From Dipteris shenzhenensis (taxonomy: Eukaryota): a stretch of DNA of 64,000 nt. A program made the position numbers and the translations under genes. How positions within the stretch are numbered: the stretch's first letter is position 1; each line of letters starts with the position of its first letter. The notes under the pieces are model-generated. The model did not search any database. It was not told the DNA's origin and saw nothing but the letters and a program-made list of their open reading frames with translations. Location: NCBI GenBank assembly GCA_047967505.1, contig CM106538.1. One strand, written 5' to 3'. Positions 38,801-51,455 of this stretch are shown here, one piece after another.

Positions 38801-41130
38801 CTGATAAGTACTTATTTGAATAACACACCTATGGCCGTGTTTTTATATGGTTGTGCATGACACTAAGGCAAAAACGGTGTGTTATGCTTGATCGACAATG
38901 CAAAGCATATCCGATGAATACAATACTTTGCACACACCTTCAACTAGGTGTAATTGACTTACATGCAAAGTGGCACGCCCATCGCATAAGTGCTTGATCA
39001 GATAACACACCTAGCAGCGTGTTTTTTTACGGATGTGCATGGCACTAAGGCAAAAATGGTATTTAATGCTCGATCGACCATGCAAAGCATATCCGATGGG
39101 CACGATACTTTGCACACACCTTCAACTAGCTAGAATCGACTTACATGCAAAGTGGCATGCCCATCCCATAAGTGCTTGATCCTATAACATACCTAGAAAC
39201 GTGTTTTTTGACGGATGTGCATGACACTAGAGTAAAAATAGTATTTAATGCTCGATAGACCATGCAAAGGATATCCGATGGGCACAAAACTTTTCGTACG
39301 CCTCAACCTAGGTGGTATTGAAATGTTCTCAATGAGGCACACCCATCCGATAAGTACTTGGTCAAATAACACACCTAATGGCGTGTTTTTTTGCGGATGT
39401 GCATATCATTAGGAAAAAAATAGTATATAATGCGTGATCGACCATGCAAATCATATTTGATGGTGACAATACGTTGCATGCACCTCAACGTAGTTGAAAC
39501 GAACTTGCGTGCAAAGTGGATCCCCCATCTGATAAGTACTTATTTGAATATCACACCTATGGCCGTATTTTTATATGGTTGTGCATGACACTAAGGCAGA
39601 AACGATGTGTTATGCTCGATCGACAATACAAAGCATATCCGATGAACACAATACTTTGCACACACCTTCAACTAGGTGTAATTGACTTACATGCAAAGTG
39701 GCACGCCCATCGCATAAGTGCTTGATCAGATAACACACCTAGCAGCGTGTTTTTTTACGGATGTGCATGGCACTAAGGCAAAAATGGTATTTAATGCTCA
39801 ATCAGCCATGCAAATCATATTGGATGGCCACGATAATTTGCACACATCTTCAACTAGGTGTAATTGACTCACATGCAAAGTGGCATTCCCATTGCATAAG
39901 TTCTTGATCGGATAACACACCTAGCAGCGTGTTTTTTTACGAATGTGCGTGGCACTAAGGCAAAAATGGTATTTAATGCTCGATCGACCATGCAAAGCAT
40001 ATCCGATGGGCATAATACTTTTCTTATACCTCAACCTAGGTGGTATTAAAATGTTGTCAAAGAGGTACACCCATCCGATAAGTACTTGGTCAGATAACAT
40101 ACCTAAGGGCGTGTTTTTTTGCGGATGTGCATACCACTAGGGAAAAACGGTGTATAATGCGTGATCGGCCATGCAAATCATATCTGATGGTGACAATACT
40201 TTGCACACACCTCAACCTAGTTGAAACAGACTTGCGTGCAAACTAGAGCCCCCATCCGATAAGTACTAGTCTGAATAACACATCTAGGACTGCGTTTTTT
40301 GACGAATGTGCATGGCACTAAGGCAAAAATGGTATTTAATGCTCGATCGACCATGCAAAGGATATCCAATGGGCACAAAACTTTTTTTACGCCTCAACCT
40401 AGGTGGTATTGAAATGTTCTCAATGAGGCACACCCATCCGATAAGTACTTGGTCAGATAACACACCTAATGGCGTGTTTTTGTGCGAATGTGCATATCAT
40501 TAGGGAAAAAATGGTGTATAATGCGTGATCGACCATGCAAATCATATCCGATGGTGACAATACTTTGCATGCACCTCAATGTAGTTAAAACGGACTTGCG
40601 TGCAAAGTGGAGCCCCCATCTGATAAGTACTTATTTGAATAACACACCTATGGCCATGTTTTTATATGGTTGTGCATGACAGTAAGGCAGAAATAGTGTG
40701 TTATGCTTGATCGACAATGCAAAGCATATTGGATGGGCACAATACTTTGCACACACCTTCAACTAGGTGGAATTGACTTACATGCAAAGTGGCATTCCCA
40801 TCGCATAAGTACTTAATCGGATAACACACCTAGCAGCGTGTTTTTTTTATGGATGTGCATGATAGGAGCAAAAATAGTATTTAATGCTCGATGGACCATG
40901 CAAAGCATATCCGATGGGCACAACACTTTTTGTACACCTCAACTAGGTGGAATTGACTTACATGCAAAGTGGCACCCGCATCCGTACCTAGTGTTTGATT
41001 GGATACGTACCTAGTAGGCTCATGTTTTTTTACGGATGTGCATGACACTAGAGCAAAAATAGTATTTAATGCTAGATTGACCATGCAAAGGATAACTTGG
41101 CATGTCCATCTGATGAGTATTTGATCGCAT
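32890..41130. repeat. 182-bp satellite, ~45 monomers, several recurring subtypes
   Basis: Period 182 (e.g. gataac at 34101 and 34283). Each unit contains the dyad GATGGGC-N5-ACTTTGCA...TGCAAAGT-N5-GCCCATC. Confidence 0.95.
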
Positions 41131-41258
41131 AACTTCTCCCACTAATAAATTAAGTACTAATTAAAAATTATAATAAATAAGTAGATTATTAAAAAGAGAC
41201 TAATATTTATGTAATTGTTGCCACTGCAGCTTGCTTGCGAAGGACTCTCACAAAGGAG

Positions 41259-44200
41259 ATGGCTATAGATTTTGTTCCAGGGATGGATGTGATTTTATGT
41301 AGCAAAAGAGAAGTAGTTGCATTTGCTACAATCCATGATAGTGATCCCAATTCTCTTTGCCACTTTCGAAGACTTGGCGAAGATAAGGTAGCAGTTACTG
41401 TATCAAAGATTCTTAGCGCACATGTTGAGCTAAAGTATAAATGTGGAGATATGGAAACACTTGGAGATGTTATGCCCTACAATACATCCAACAAATCATT
41501 TATAGCATGGGACAAAGATGAGACTTATGCAACAGACATTATCAAGAATACAAAGTGCACCACCTTGGATTTTACTATAGGGGACATTCTACAAATGAGA
41601 TCATTTGCAAATAAGATTGTAGCAGAAGGTGAAGTATTGGGATTTGAACAAGTGGAGCAATGGTCATTTGCGCAGATGAGGATTCTAAAAGTCACTGATG
41701 ATGGTATGGTTGATAACATAACATCCTTATGTGATCCCTACTATGAGGTAGGCAAGAATATGAGATGGAGCATGCAATTTTTAAACATGAGAAAGAGGCA
41801 CGTGGTTTTCAATGATAAAGACAACGCATACTACAATATCAAAGGACCTAAAAAGCGTGCCCATGTGCCAGGCTCTATCACTTCAAATGTGGATGATTTC
41901 AATATACTCAATTATAGAAGTGACATCTTATCTGGAGTGGATGAGTTCATTGGTTCCAAGAAACAAAATGATTTTAGAAGCGAAGCCTTATCTGGGGTGG
42001 ATGAATTCTTGCACAGTGAGAAGGGCAAAGGTTTCAATAGCGATGTCTTGTCAAGTGTGGATGAGTTCATGCATATTAACAAACCTGGTGTCAATCAAGG
42101 TTGTGGATTTGTGAAATCCATGCAAGATGTCCCAATGAGTGATGTTCTCTCAGGAGTGGAAGAGTTTCAAGGTTCTCAATACTCTCGTAGAATATTGAAT
42201 TCATTGAATGGTCCTAAGAGTATGTTAAAAATGAGGATGAGATCAACAGAGGATTATTCAGTATTTAACTTTGATTGTGATATGAACAAGGATGCAACGA
42301 CCAATCATGGATGCTTGGTTACAAACAAATGTGAGGAGAAGAAGTGCATAAATACAGATAACAATGTGTACGAGGAACGAAAACGGTCATACATATGCAT
42401 GAAGAGAAAGAGAATCCAGGCAGATCCACAAAAGCAACCAAAGAGGAAGAGAGTAATGAAGGAGGAGAACATGTTAAATGCATTGGGATATCTATGTTGC
42501 AAGCGAAGATGTATGCGCTTCATTGATCTTGCAGACATCAGGGAATGTAGAGGACACGTGTGGCAAAGAAGGGGAAGCGAAAGAAATGAATACCTTCTCA
42601 CAAGTCTCTCTTGCTTTCTTCAGAATGGCAATAAAAGGCTAAGTTCAAGACAAAAGGTAAAACCTCTCGTAAATGGAAAAAGGATTTGCAATAAGGCATA
42701 TCGCAATATTACTGGATTATCCCATGGTACATATTGGGATTTAGTCACCAAGGCAAAGGGCGGCAACAAATTTAGCATTCACGGTAATAGAGGAAGGTCC
42801 AAATCAAGAATCTCAACTGTCAGGGCAGCAGCAATTTTACAAGACTTCATACATGAAAATGCTTTGCCTCAACCCCATATATCTACCAAACTCCCTAACG
42901 GTGACGCGATCACTGAAATGCACCTTCCAATGGGCTTGACAAAGCTCGAAGTATTTGACTCTATTGCAGAAAAGCAAAGGCAAAGAGGGGATGCTGTAGC
43001 TTCTTCTCATACTTTGTATACTCTTTGGAAGAAGAACTTTGGATATGTTAAAATCCCAAGGAGGCAAAAAATGTCAAAGTGCAATGTCTGTGATGATTTA
43101 AAGCGAGCGATTGAGAGTGCAACATGTCCAAATCAAAGGGAATTATACAAAAAAAACTGAAAATCTCATCATGACCTTATTCGACATTCCAGACAAAAAT
43201 ATGCATTTTGGAAGGAGCAAGCTATTTCGCATCCTGATGACTACATGTGTCTTATTGTAGATGGCATGGATCAGAATACAACAACATTGCCTCGTTTTGT
43301 TGCCACTCCACCTAAATTACAAGGAAAGCACTTTCTAAAGACACATCTATGTGTAGTGTTAGTGCATGGAATTAAGTTCTTTGCAGATATATGGATTGAT
43401 TCCTTGCATCTACATGATAGCAATCAAGTTGTAACATCTATTATGAAGGCAATTCGCAATGTACATGCAGAAAAAGGTCGCCTGCCACCGACTTTGAGAA
43501 TACAAGCTGATAATTGCTGGCGAGAAAATAAGAATGTACTTATGTTTGCCTTCTGCTCCATGCTAGTTGCTCATCGAATCTTCAATGAGGTCGAATGTGG
43601 ATTTTTGTATGTTGGGCATACACATGAGGATATCGATCAAGTTTTTAGCACAGTCTCAACGGAGCTTAAATGCAAGGATGTGGAGACAATAGATGACTTG
43701 GTAAGAAGATGTGGCAGGCAAGTTGGTGGTCGTAAGGAAAGTACAGTATGTGAGAGGCTCGAAAGAATGTATGATTGGAAGAGCTTCATTCTACCTTTCA
43801 TACAAACGGGTGGTGATGCATTGACAGGTCATACCAATCCACACTACTTTCGTTTTTTTTTTAAAGATGAAAAACCCGTAATGCAATGGCAACAGTATTC
43901 TCATGATACAAAATGGGAACCTGAAGAACCTTACAGTCTCTTAACTTCAATTCCCAGCAAGGAAAGGTATCCAACATGGGCTCCTATACAAGAATTTAAT
44001 GAGAGGTCTAATTGTGAAATAGATGGATTAAAAGCATTTATTACATACAAAGAGGAAATGCTCCAGAGATATCCTGATTCGAAGCCTGCTTGGAGAGAAC
44101 ACACTACCACTGTAATTAACAAGACACGAAATTTAATAAAGGACCTTGAGAGAATGCGAGGCTCAAAGGATGTCAAGGAAGAATGCAATATGTTTTGGCC

Positions 44201-44729
44201 AAATGTTCATAACGATTTGCGCCCAGCTCCAGTCTTTGAAAATGATTTTGTATCATTACTCCCACGTCCATATTGTGGACCGAAGAAGAGAGAGTTTATG
44301 CCACAAGTAGATATAGAGGTTGATTGTTTTGTTGTGGTTCGGCCATCGGATGATGAATATGAGAATGTGAAGTTTTGGGTTGCAAAAGTAGTTGATGTGC
44401 AAAGAGATGACCAAGGGAGAGCTACAACATTTACAGCGGTATGGTATGAGCCAAAGGGCAGGAAGGAGAATATGGATAACAACACATTATATACTAATTG
44501 TATAATGAAGGAGTGGGTCCCAAATGATGAAGCAGTCTCTCAAGTTTCGACAGAGACAATCATAGTGTCTTGGCATTCAAGGGCAAAGAAATCAAAGAAG
44601 CACATGGGATATGAGGTAGAAGGAAAAATAAAAATACCACAGCAAACTATTTTGCATATACACGAATTTTTAAGGATGCTCGCCATGGAGGAAGTAGAAG
44701 GAGATAGCGCAAATGAAGAATGTCGATGA
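41259..44729 (+). pseudogene. Sola1-like DDD transposase (~1,155 codons) with a single in-frame stop at 43158-43160
   Basis: ORFs 41235-43160 and 43245-44729 are in the same frame. Motifs: CCKRRC, ICNKAY, KCNVC, IVDGMDQ, QADNCWRENKN, FLYVGHTHEDIDQ. Splice acceptor at 41229 with branch-like gactaat, then ATG at 41259. Confidence 0.85.
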
Positions 44730-46290
44730 TTAAAGCTTTGTATTGAAGTCCATTGATTTAGAAGGATTTTATTTGGGTACTAGGCAAGGAGCCAATCCAA
44801 GACAATTATAATCAGAGTCATCACCTCGTATGTCAAATAAGAGTCAAAATATGCACTGGATGTCACCCAAGGGTCAAGGCTTGCCAAGACACAATAGGGA
44901 GTTAATGCAGATGGCACCTGGCAAGGGACTATCACATTGAGCAATAAGACAATGGGGAGTCAATGCACCCAAGGGGCAAGGGTAGGCAAGATAACTTGTG
45001 GGAGTTAATGCAGATGGCACCTGTATTTTGCACTGGATGTCACCCAAGGGTCATACACGAATTTTTAAGGATGCTCGCCATGGAGGAAGTAGAAGGAGAT
45101 AGCGCAAATGAAGAATGTCCATGATTAAAGCTTTGTATTGAAGTCCATTGATTCAGAAGGATTTTATTTGGGTACTAGGCAAGGAGCCAATCTAAGACAA
45201 TTATAATCAGAGTCATCACCTCGTATGTCAAATAAGAGTCAAAATATGCACTGGATGTCACCCAAGGGTCAAGGCTTGCCAAGACAATAGGGAGTTAATG
45301 CAGATGGCACCTGGCAAGGGACTATCACATTGAGCAATAAGACAATGGGGAGTCAATGCACCCAAGGGGCAAGGCTTGGCAAGATAACTTGTGGGAGTTA
45401 ATGCAGATGGCACCTGTATTTTGCACTGGATGTCACCCAAGGGTCAAGGCTTGGCAAGACAACAGGGAGTTAATGCAGATGGCACCTGGCAAGGGACTAT
45501 CGCATTGAGCAATAAGACAATGGGGAGTCAATGCACCCAAGGGGCAAGGCTTGGCAAGACAAGCCTAGGTCAAATTATGCAGATGGCAACTGGCAAGGGA
45601 CTGTCGTGACATTGAGCAATAAGACAATGGGGTGTCAAATTATGCAGATGGCACGAATTGAGGCTCTTTAAGAGCAACAATTTAAATTGTAAACATATGT
45701 TCAATCTATATCATTTTGGATATAAAGACTGTAGCTAAGAGCAACGTCTCTCAATGTAATCATATACATAATTTAGCTACAATTGCTATTATCCCTCTTT
45801 GGTCTTATGGCATCATGTCTTCTTTCTATTTATTAAAAGTTTTGTTAAATTTTGTGCATATTGCCGAGTGACAATGTTATTTTCATGAAATATTTAAGTC
45901 TCCTTTCATGGATTTATAAATTTATCATGTCAATGAAAAACGTCAAGGAAAAATATTTAAAATAATTAAATTAACAAATAACTTAGATATAGCTAGAATT
46001 TCTAATATAGGATTATTTCAAATTCTTGCATGTTGGTGTAAAAGTATAGATTGAAAAAACAATATTTGTATGTGAATATGATAGAGCCACAAAGTGAACT
46101 TTTGATTTGGGAAGGAAAAACGTCAAGGAAAAATATTAAAAATAATTAAATTAACAAATAACTTAGATATAGCTAGAATTTCTAATATAGGATTATTTCA
46201 AATTCTTGCATGTTGGTGCAAAAGTATAGATTGAAAAAACAATATTTTTATGTGAATATGACAGTGCCACAAAGTGAACTTTTGATTTGG
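44658..46290. repeat. Sub-terminal duplications: 395-bp duplication including the transposase 3' end, ~175-bp units, and a 180-bp unit x2
   Basis: cacgaatttttaagg at 44661 and 45056; tgcactggatgtcaccc at 44852, 45029, 45247 and 45422; gaaaaacgtcaagg at 45935 and 46115. Confidence 0.85.
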
Positions 46291-46397
46291 GAAGAAACTT
46301 TTTAGAAAGTAAAATTTTGATTTGGAAAGGATATTTTCATAAAGTAAAGTTTTCATTTGGGAAGGATTTTTGGGCTTCGTCCAAAAACAACACAAAA

Positions 46398-46423
46398 AGT
46401 CCAAAATTAATGAAATAGGTGTT
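46398..46423 (-). repeat. Right TIR
   Basis: AGTCCAAAATTAATGAAATAGGTGTT followed by TSD AAAT. Confidence 0.95.
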
Positions 46424-46461
46424 AAATAAGAGAGTAAAAGAAAGATTGAGACCATACTTAC

Positions 46462-49400
46462 TTCTCATAGTATGGCATAAAGACAAGTAGTATGCCATCC
46501 AAGTCTAAAGGTTGTAGAATTGAACAAACATCATCTACTATCTTCTTGGTATCACTAAGTACAGCTGAAAGAAGAGAATCGAGCATACAAACGCGATTCT
46601 GTACTAATCTAGGAAAATGAGATATAACCGTACTACAGCAATAAATAAACAAATGTTAGAAGCAGATTGAATCAAATGATTGAAGTATCAAGTCAAGAGA
46701 TGTTCATATCAAACCTGAGGATGGCCATCATGACTTTGTCATTAGCCTCTTTCAAAGGGTCGGAGAGGATTATAACTTCCTCGCTACCAAAAGCCAAAAC
46801 ACGAGGTTGCTTGCTAATGATGACCTTAACCTCAGAAGAGCTCCCCATTTCGTCCAATACAGCGGTTACATCAGGACAACTTATGGGCGTAGCAACCAAT
46901 GTTTCCTCTGGATGCTCCACCACGTTATCAATAAATGCCTTAATGATAGATGACATAAATGCATATAGATGCAAGTCTGTATATGTGGACAATGAGGTTT
47001 CACCGCCTCTCAAATCAAAAATTTGAGCAAGGAGCAAGAAGCAGTTATATCCAACTCTCCACCCACAACTGTGGTCATCATTCTGCTTCGCTGCAGGGCA
47101 TGTTACATACTCTATTTGATCTTCCAAGTCACCCTCCATTTGCATAAGTGCATCTGTAGCACTTACCAACTTTCGAGCAGATCTACACATCAAAATAGAA
47201 AACATAAATGAATGTGCGCATTGCATAGGATGCATCTCATTGACATAATTATGACACAAGTAGGTTATACTTACTCTGACACACTGCCATGGATAGATGC
47301 TATTGAATTGACAAAGAAGCATTGCTTGGCTAAGATGTCCACAATTACCAAGCTCCAATGCAAGCTGCATTATCAATTAAGAATAATTATTATTTAATAT
47401 AATCCTCCACAATGTAAGAGATAAGCTAGGTAGGGATTGATACTCACTCCTCGTGATATGCGGTAAAGATAACTCGCGCCGCAGTCAAATCAATAGGTTG
47501 CAACCACCTAAAAATGTCATCTATGGTCTTCTCCTTATTGCTAAGTACACTAGAAACAAGAGGATCGACCATATATGCACATCTTTGTATATATAGCGGA
47601 AGCTGTTGTAAAACCATACTGCAATAAAAAGAAAAGAATATTAGTTCATTTGATCCAATGGAAATACAAAAGCATAAAGTCAGTAAAAAGTTTGTGTCAA
47701 ACCTGAGGATGGCTATTATAACCTTGTCATTGACCTCTTTCTTGAAGTTTATGAGGATTGAAATATCCTCTTCATCGAATATAAAAGTAAGAGGTTGTTC
47801 TTGAACTTGAAACCTAACTTGAAATGACTTCTCCATTTGCTGCAATGTATGATTATTTTCTAGAGTCATCCGATGGATAGCCAGAGCAGCTTTGCTTTCT
47901 TGAGATGAGCTTTCATGATTCTCTGCTCCAACTATGTCCTCCTCATCCTCCTCCTCTCCCTTCTCCTATAAAAGGATAAAATAATTATGAGATTCAAAAT
48001 TTTAAATTAATTATAAATTTAAAAAGACCTTTAAATGAATAAAGAAAATTAAACATAAGTCTTCATACCTCTACATATCTTCGTGGTCTTTTTATGTAAC
48101 CTTCAGAGGCAAGGTCAGTGTCATATCCATCTTCCTCTGCTTCCTTGCTATCGCTGGTATCCTCACTATTATATCCAGAGCTTTGATCATTTTCATCATC
48201 TTTCTTGCTCTCATCGTACATGATCTGCTCTATGTCATCCTCTTCATGTGAGATCGGACCTTTCTTATCAAACTTTATTGTGAGAGAAGCCACGGTATCA
48301 AGGTATTCCAAGCAAGTAGGGCTCTCAATAATATTTACATTGTGTCCTTTTCTGATAAGAGCTTCAAACAGATGTCCCATTCGGCACAATGTGACTTCCC
48401 ATCCAGACGGTAGCAAAAATTCCATCATACTAATTAAAAGATCAGCACTTTTTGCTGGCCTTTCATAGTGATTTGCATTGCGATGGAGGGGACTTGGAGC
48501 TTCATGCTCTTCCAGCAGTAGTTGCAATCTCTTTGCATTCCCTCTTATATTGTTTTGTAAGGAGTGATCATTATAAGGGCTCTTCATGCACAAGAAAAAG
48601 GTTTCTAGACTCGGTATCTTGAGACCGCATTCTCTCTTGTCCCTTTTTCTTGAGTATATCCCATTGTAAATCTTGAGCTCATTGCCATATTGTTTTTCTA
48701 GGGTAGCAGACATTTGTTCCTTGTCATCTTTATCAGCAAATATGACTATATTACATTGTCCCACTCTACCAATGGTGGTATGTAATATTCTGTCAAGGAG
48801 TGGATGGATGTCATCCGCTGATATTTCATAGACAAAGAAAAGCTGAGGTCTCTCCCAAGCAGTGTCGTCGGACAAAAAATCACTCAATGAAACTCCCTTG
48901 CACTCAACACTCTTTCCAGACTCTGAAATGATTTCATGTATGAAATAAAAGCCCTTGTTCAAAGTCTTTTCTTTTCTGAGAGTGTGGTTATTGATGACTT
49001 TTTGTGCATATGCATACACATTTTCCGGAATGTCACTTCTCATAGAGGGAGTAATTTCAGATCCATCATCTTCTACCTTCACCCATTTATGCGCCCAAGC
49101 CTTCTATTTAGTTGACGGTAAAGCTGATGCCATCTGCCTCACAATGTTATGATCAATTTTACATTGGCTGATTGGAATATTTTTTTCTCCCAATAAATAT
49201 TCAATTGCACTCTTTACTGCATCACGCTTGACCTGTTGGATGATGTTATCTTCCATGCAATGATCTTTATCCTTTTTGCCAAAAAACCATTCTTTTGACA
49301 TTAATTTCTCTGCAGCAAGACTTGCGTATTTATCTGGTAGGTTTCTTAAAGGCCTCCACATCCGAGCTGTCATCTCTTTTTTCTCAATCTTCTTTTCCTT

Positions 49401-51455
49401 CTCTTTAATCAATGATGGAGCCTCATATGTAACATCTCCTTTCTCACATGCAAGACACACGTCTTTGATCTGATGAAAAACTTCATCACTACGGAAAAGT
49501 ATGCTTGTGTAGTCTTGATATCTATCCCTTACTGTCTTGAAGCTTGTAATCACCTCAGCTCTTTCCTGCTTTCCCCTTGGTACAATGGCACTCAAGCATG
49601 TGTAGAAGTCAACAAGATTATCCGCTTCCACTTTAGTTGCAGTTCTTTTGAGAGTGGTCAAAGGAGAATTAAAAGTTTTCCATATGGTCCTAGCTTTGAG
49701 CAACATCTCTGAAGTGGAGGTGATTTTTCGTAGTGCATAAATGTCATGATTAAGTCTTTCCGACTCAATCAAATATTTCTTCTCGTTCTTGAAGATACAG
49801 ATGCATGCAGAATAGTAGTGAAATTGAGGCACACTCGCGAAAGTTTGATAAGTAATTTCTCCTTTCTTGTATGCATCTCTAGAGCGCTCATTACAAGCAT
49901 AGGCATAGTGCTGACCATCTATTGCCTCAAATGTACAATGAGCTAAGAAATTTCTCTTGGCATCCCTTATATGTCGTTCTGGATCATTCACTGAACTCTG
50001 TCCTTCTTGAAGTGAGGGAACTTGTTTTCCGAGGAACTTAGTGAATTGCATCTCAAAATCTATAGGCTGAGAGAAATTGATGGATTGACTATAATCTCCC
50101 ATGACTGGCCAAAATGTTCTTGGACGGAGTACCAAATTAGAAACAACTGGTTTTTTTCCATCAATCAAAGCCTGAAAAATCTTTTCAGCATAGGCTGTAT
50201 CTAAGGTCCTGCTGTTGGTGAAGACACTTGCTTTGACCACTGTTGAAGCATGTATAACTTGAGTCTTCTGGCCCCATATATATCCTGGATCCTCATCTGT
50301 CACAGCCTCATTCAAGCAAAGATTTAGGTTCTTCATTGATAACATTTCTGCTTCTAGATCTGACTCCATTTCAAGACCCTCCGCATTCTCTTCATGTTCT
50401 TCCTCTTCTCTTCTTTGCCCTTTCTTTGTATATGAACGACCTCTTTTTCCAGTTATAGGACTTGGAATTGTAGCTCATGAAGTACTTGCCTTTTGCATTT
50501 GACGTCGAGGTTTATTTTTTAGAGGCTCAATGTGAACTGCTTTAGATCGCCCTACTTCTTCTTCTATTGCGTCAACTTCAGGTATACTTAAGGGCTTCAC
50601 TTGTTTTGTTATTCCATCAACTTCATGAGTTACACCATCTAAGTGAGTAATACCATGAACAAGAGATGTGTGTGAATGTCCTGTCTTATCTGATGCATGT
50701 CGTGTCTCACTCAATTCAATTTCTGTCTGAGATGCATGTGCATGTCCGGTCTCCACCAATTCAATTCCTGTCTCAGATGTAGATCCCTTGTAAGCATCCA
50801 CGTGTACAAGACCCTCATCCATTGCTACAATGTGTTCTGTCTCATCCACTCCACTTCCTCTCTCATTTGTATTACCATGAACCAAATCTACATGGCGTGT
50901 CTCATCACTTCCTTTCTCATGTGTGGATTCTTGCACCTTAGGTCCCTCCAATGAAGTTGAACCTTGTTGGATGACACCCTGAAAGTATTCAAGGATAATC
51001 TTTGACTGCATTTTTCTTGCTTCCTCAATGGGAAATTCCTCCCACACATGTTGAAGGATCTCCAATGCAGGAACCAATTCAAGAAATCTAGGTGCTTTTG
51101 GCAGCGGCATCACAAAGTGTATTGCATCTTTCTTAGAAAGAAGAAACGATCTGTTGCTCATTCTTGACTTTGTGTAAATCATCATTGTAGTGCTGTCTTT
51201 TTCAATTTTTATTCCTACTAAAGTGCCCCCTTGAATCAAATTGCTCTTGGAGAAAGATACATTTGATGCGCACTCATCTTTCTCCAACTCTCTCTTTGTC
51301 ATCACTAGAATGAGATTTCCTTTACTTAAGACCAAGAACCATGCTTTCTTTGTTGTGTCAACAACTGTCCAGTTTGTGAAGTCCTTTGGGGCATAAATTC
51401 TTCCATTGTATTTCAGTGTCATACCATTGACAAATGCTGTAGCCTCAAGATCCAT
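46462..51455 (-). pseudogene. Host-element ParB/Srx-like + methyltransferase-like + Ulp1 gene (continues at 17178-16441)
   Basis: Large exon 51455-48069 in one frame with two premature stops (50475, 49104) and motif FEAIDGQHYAYAC. Exons 47965-47703, 47618-47448 (171 nt), 47364-47275 (90 nt), 47182-46715, 46632-46462 (171 nt). Colinear with 19569-26789. Confidence 0.85.

Larger units (their letters stand above)
17248..46423 (+). mobile_element. Complete 29,176-bp Sola1-like DNA transposon with cargo genes and arrays
   Basis: Perfect 26-bp TIRs at 17248-17273 and 46398-46423; TSD AAAT at 17244-17247 and 46424-46427; encodes a DDD transposase. Confidence 0.92.

Noticed and set aside
32890-41130. 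CRISPR-like array, or a family of 65-aa peptides
   Set aside because: There are no unique spacers: the variable parts are a few homologous recurring subtypes, and no cas genes are present. The short ORFs are satellite by-products.
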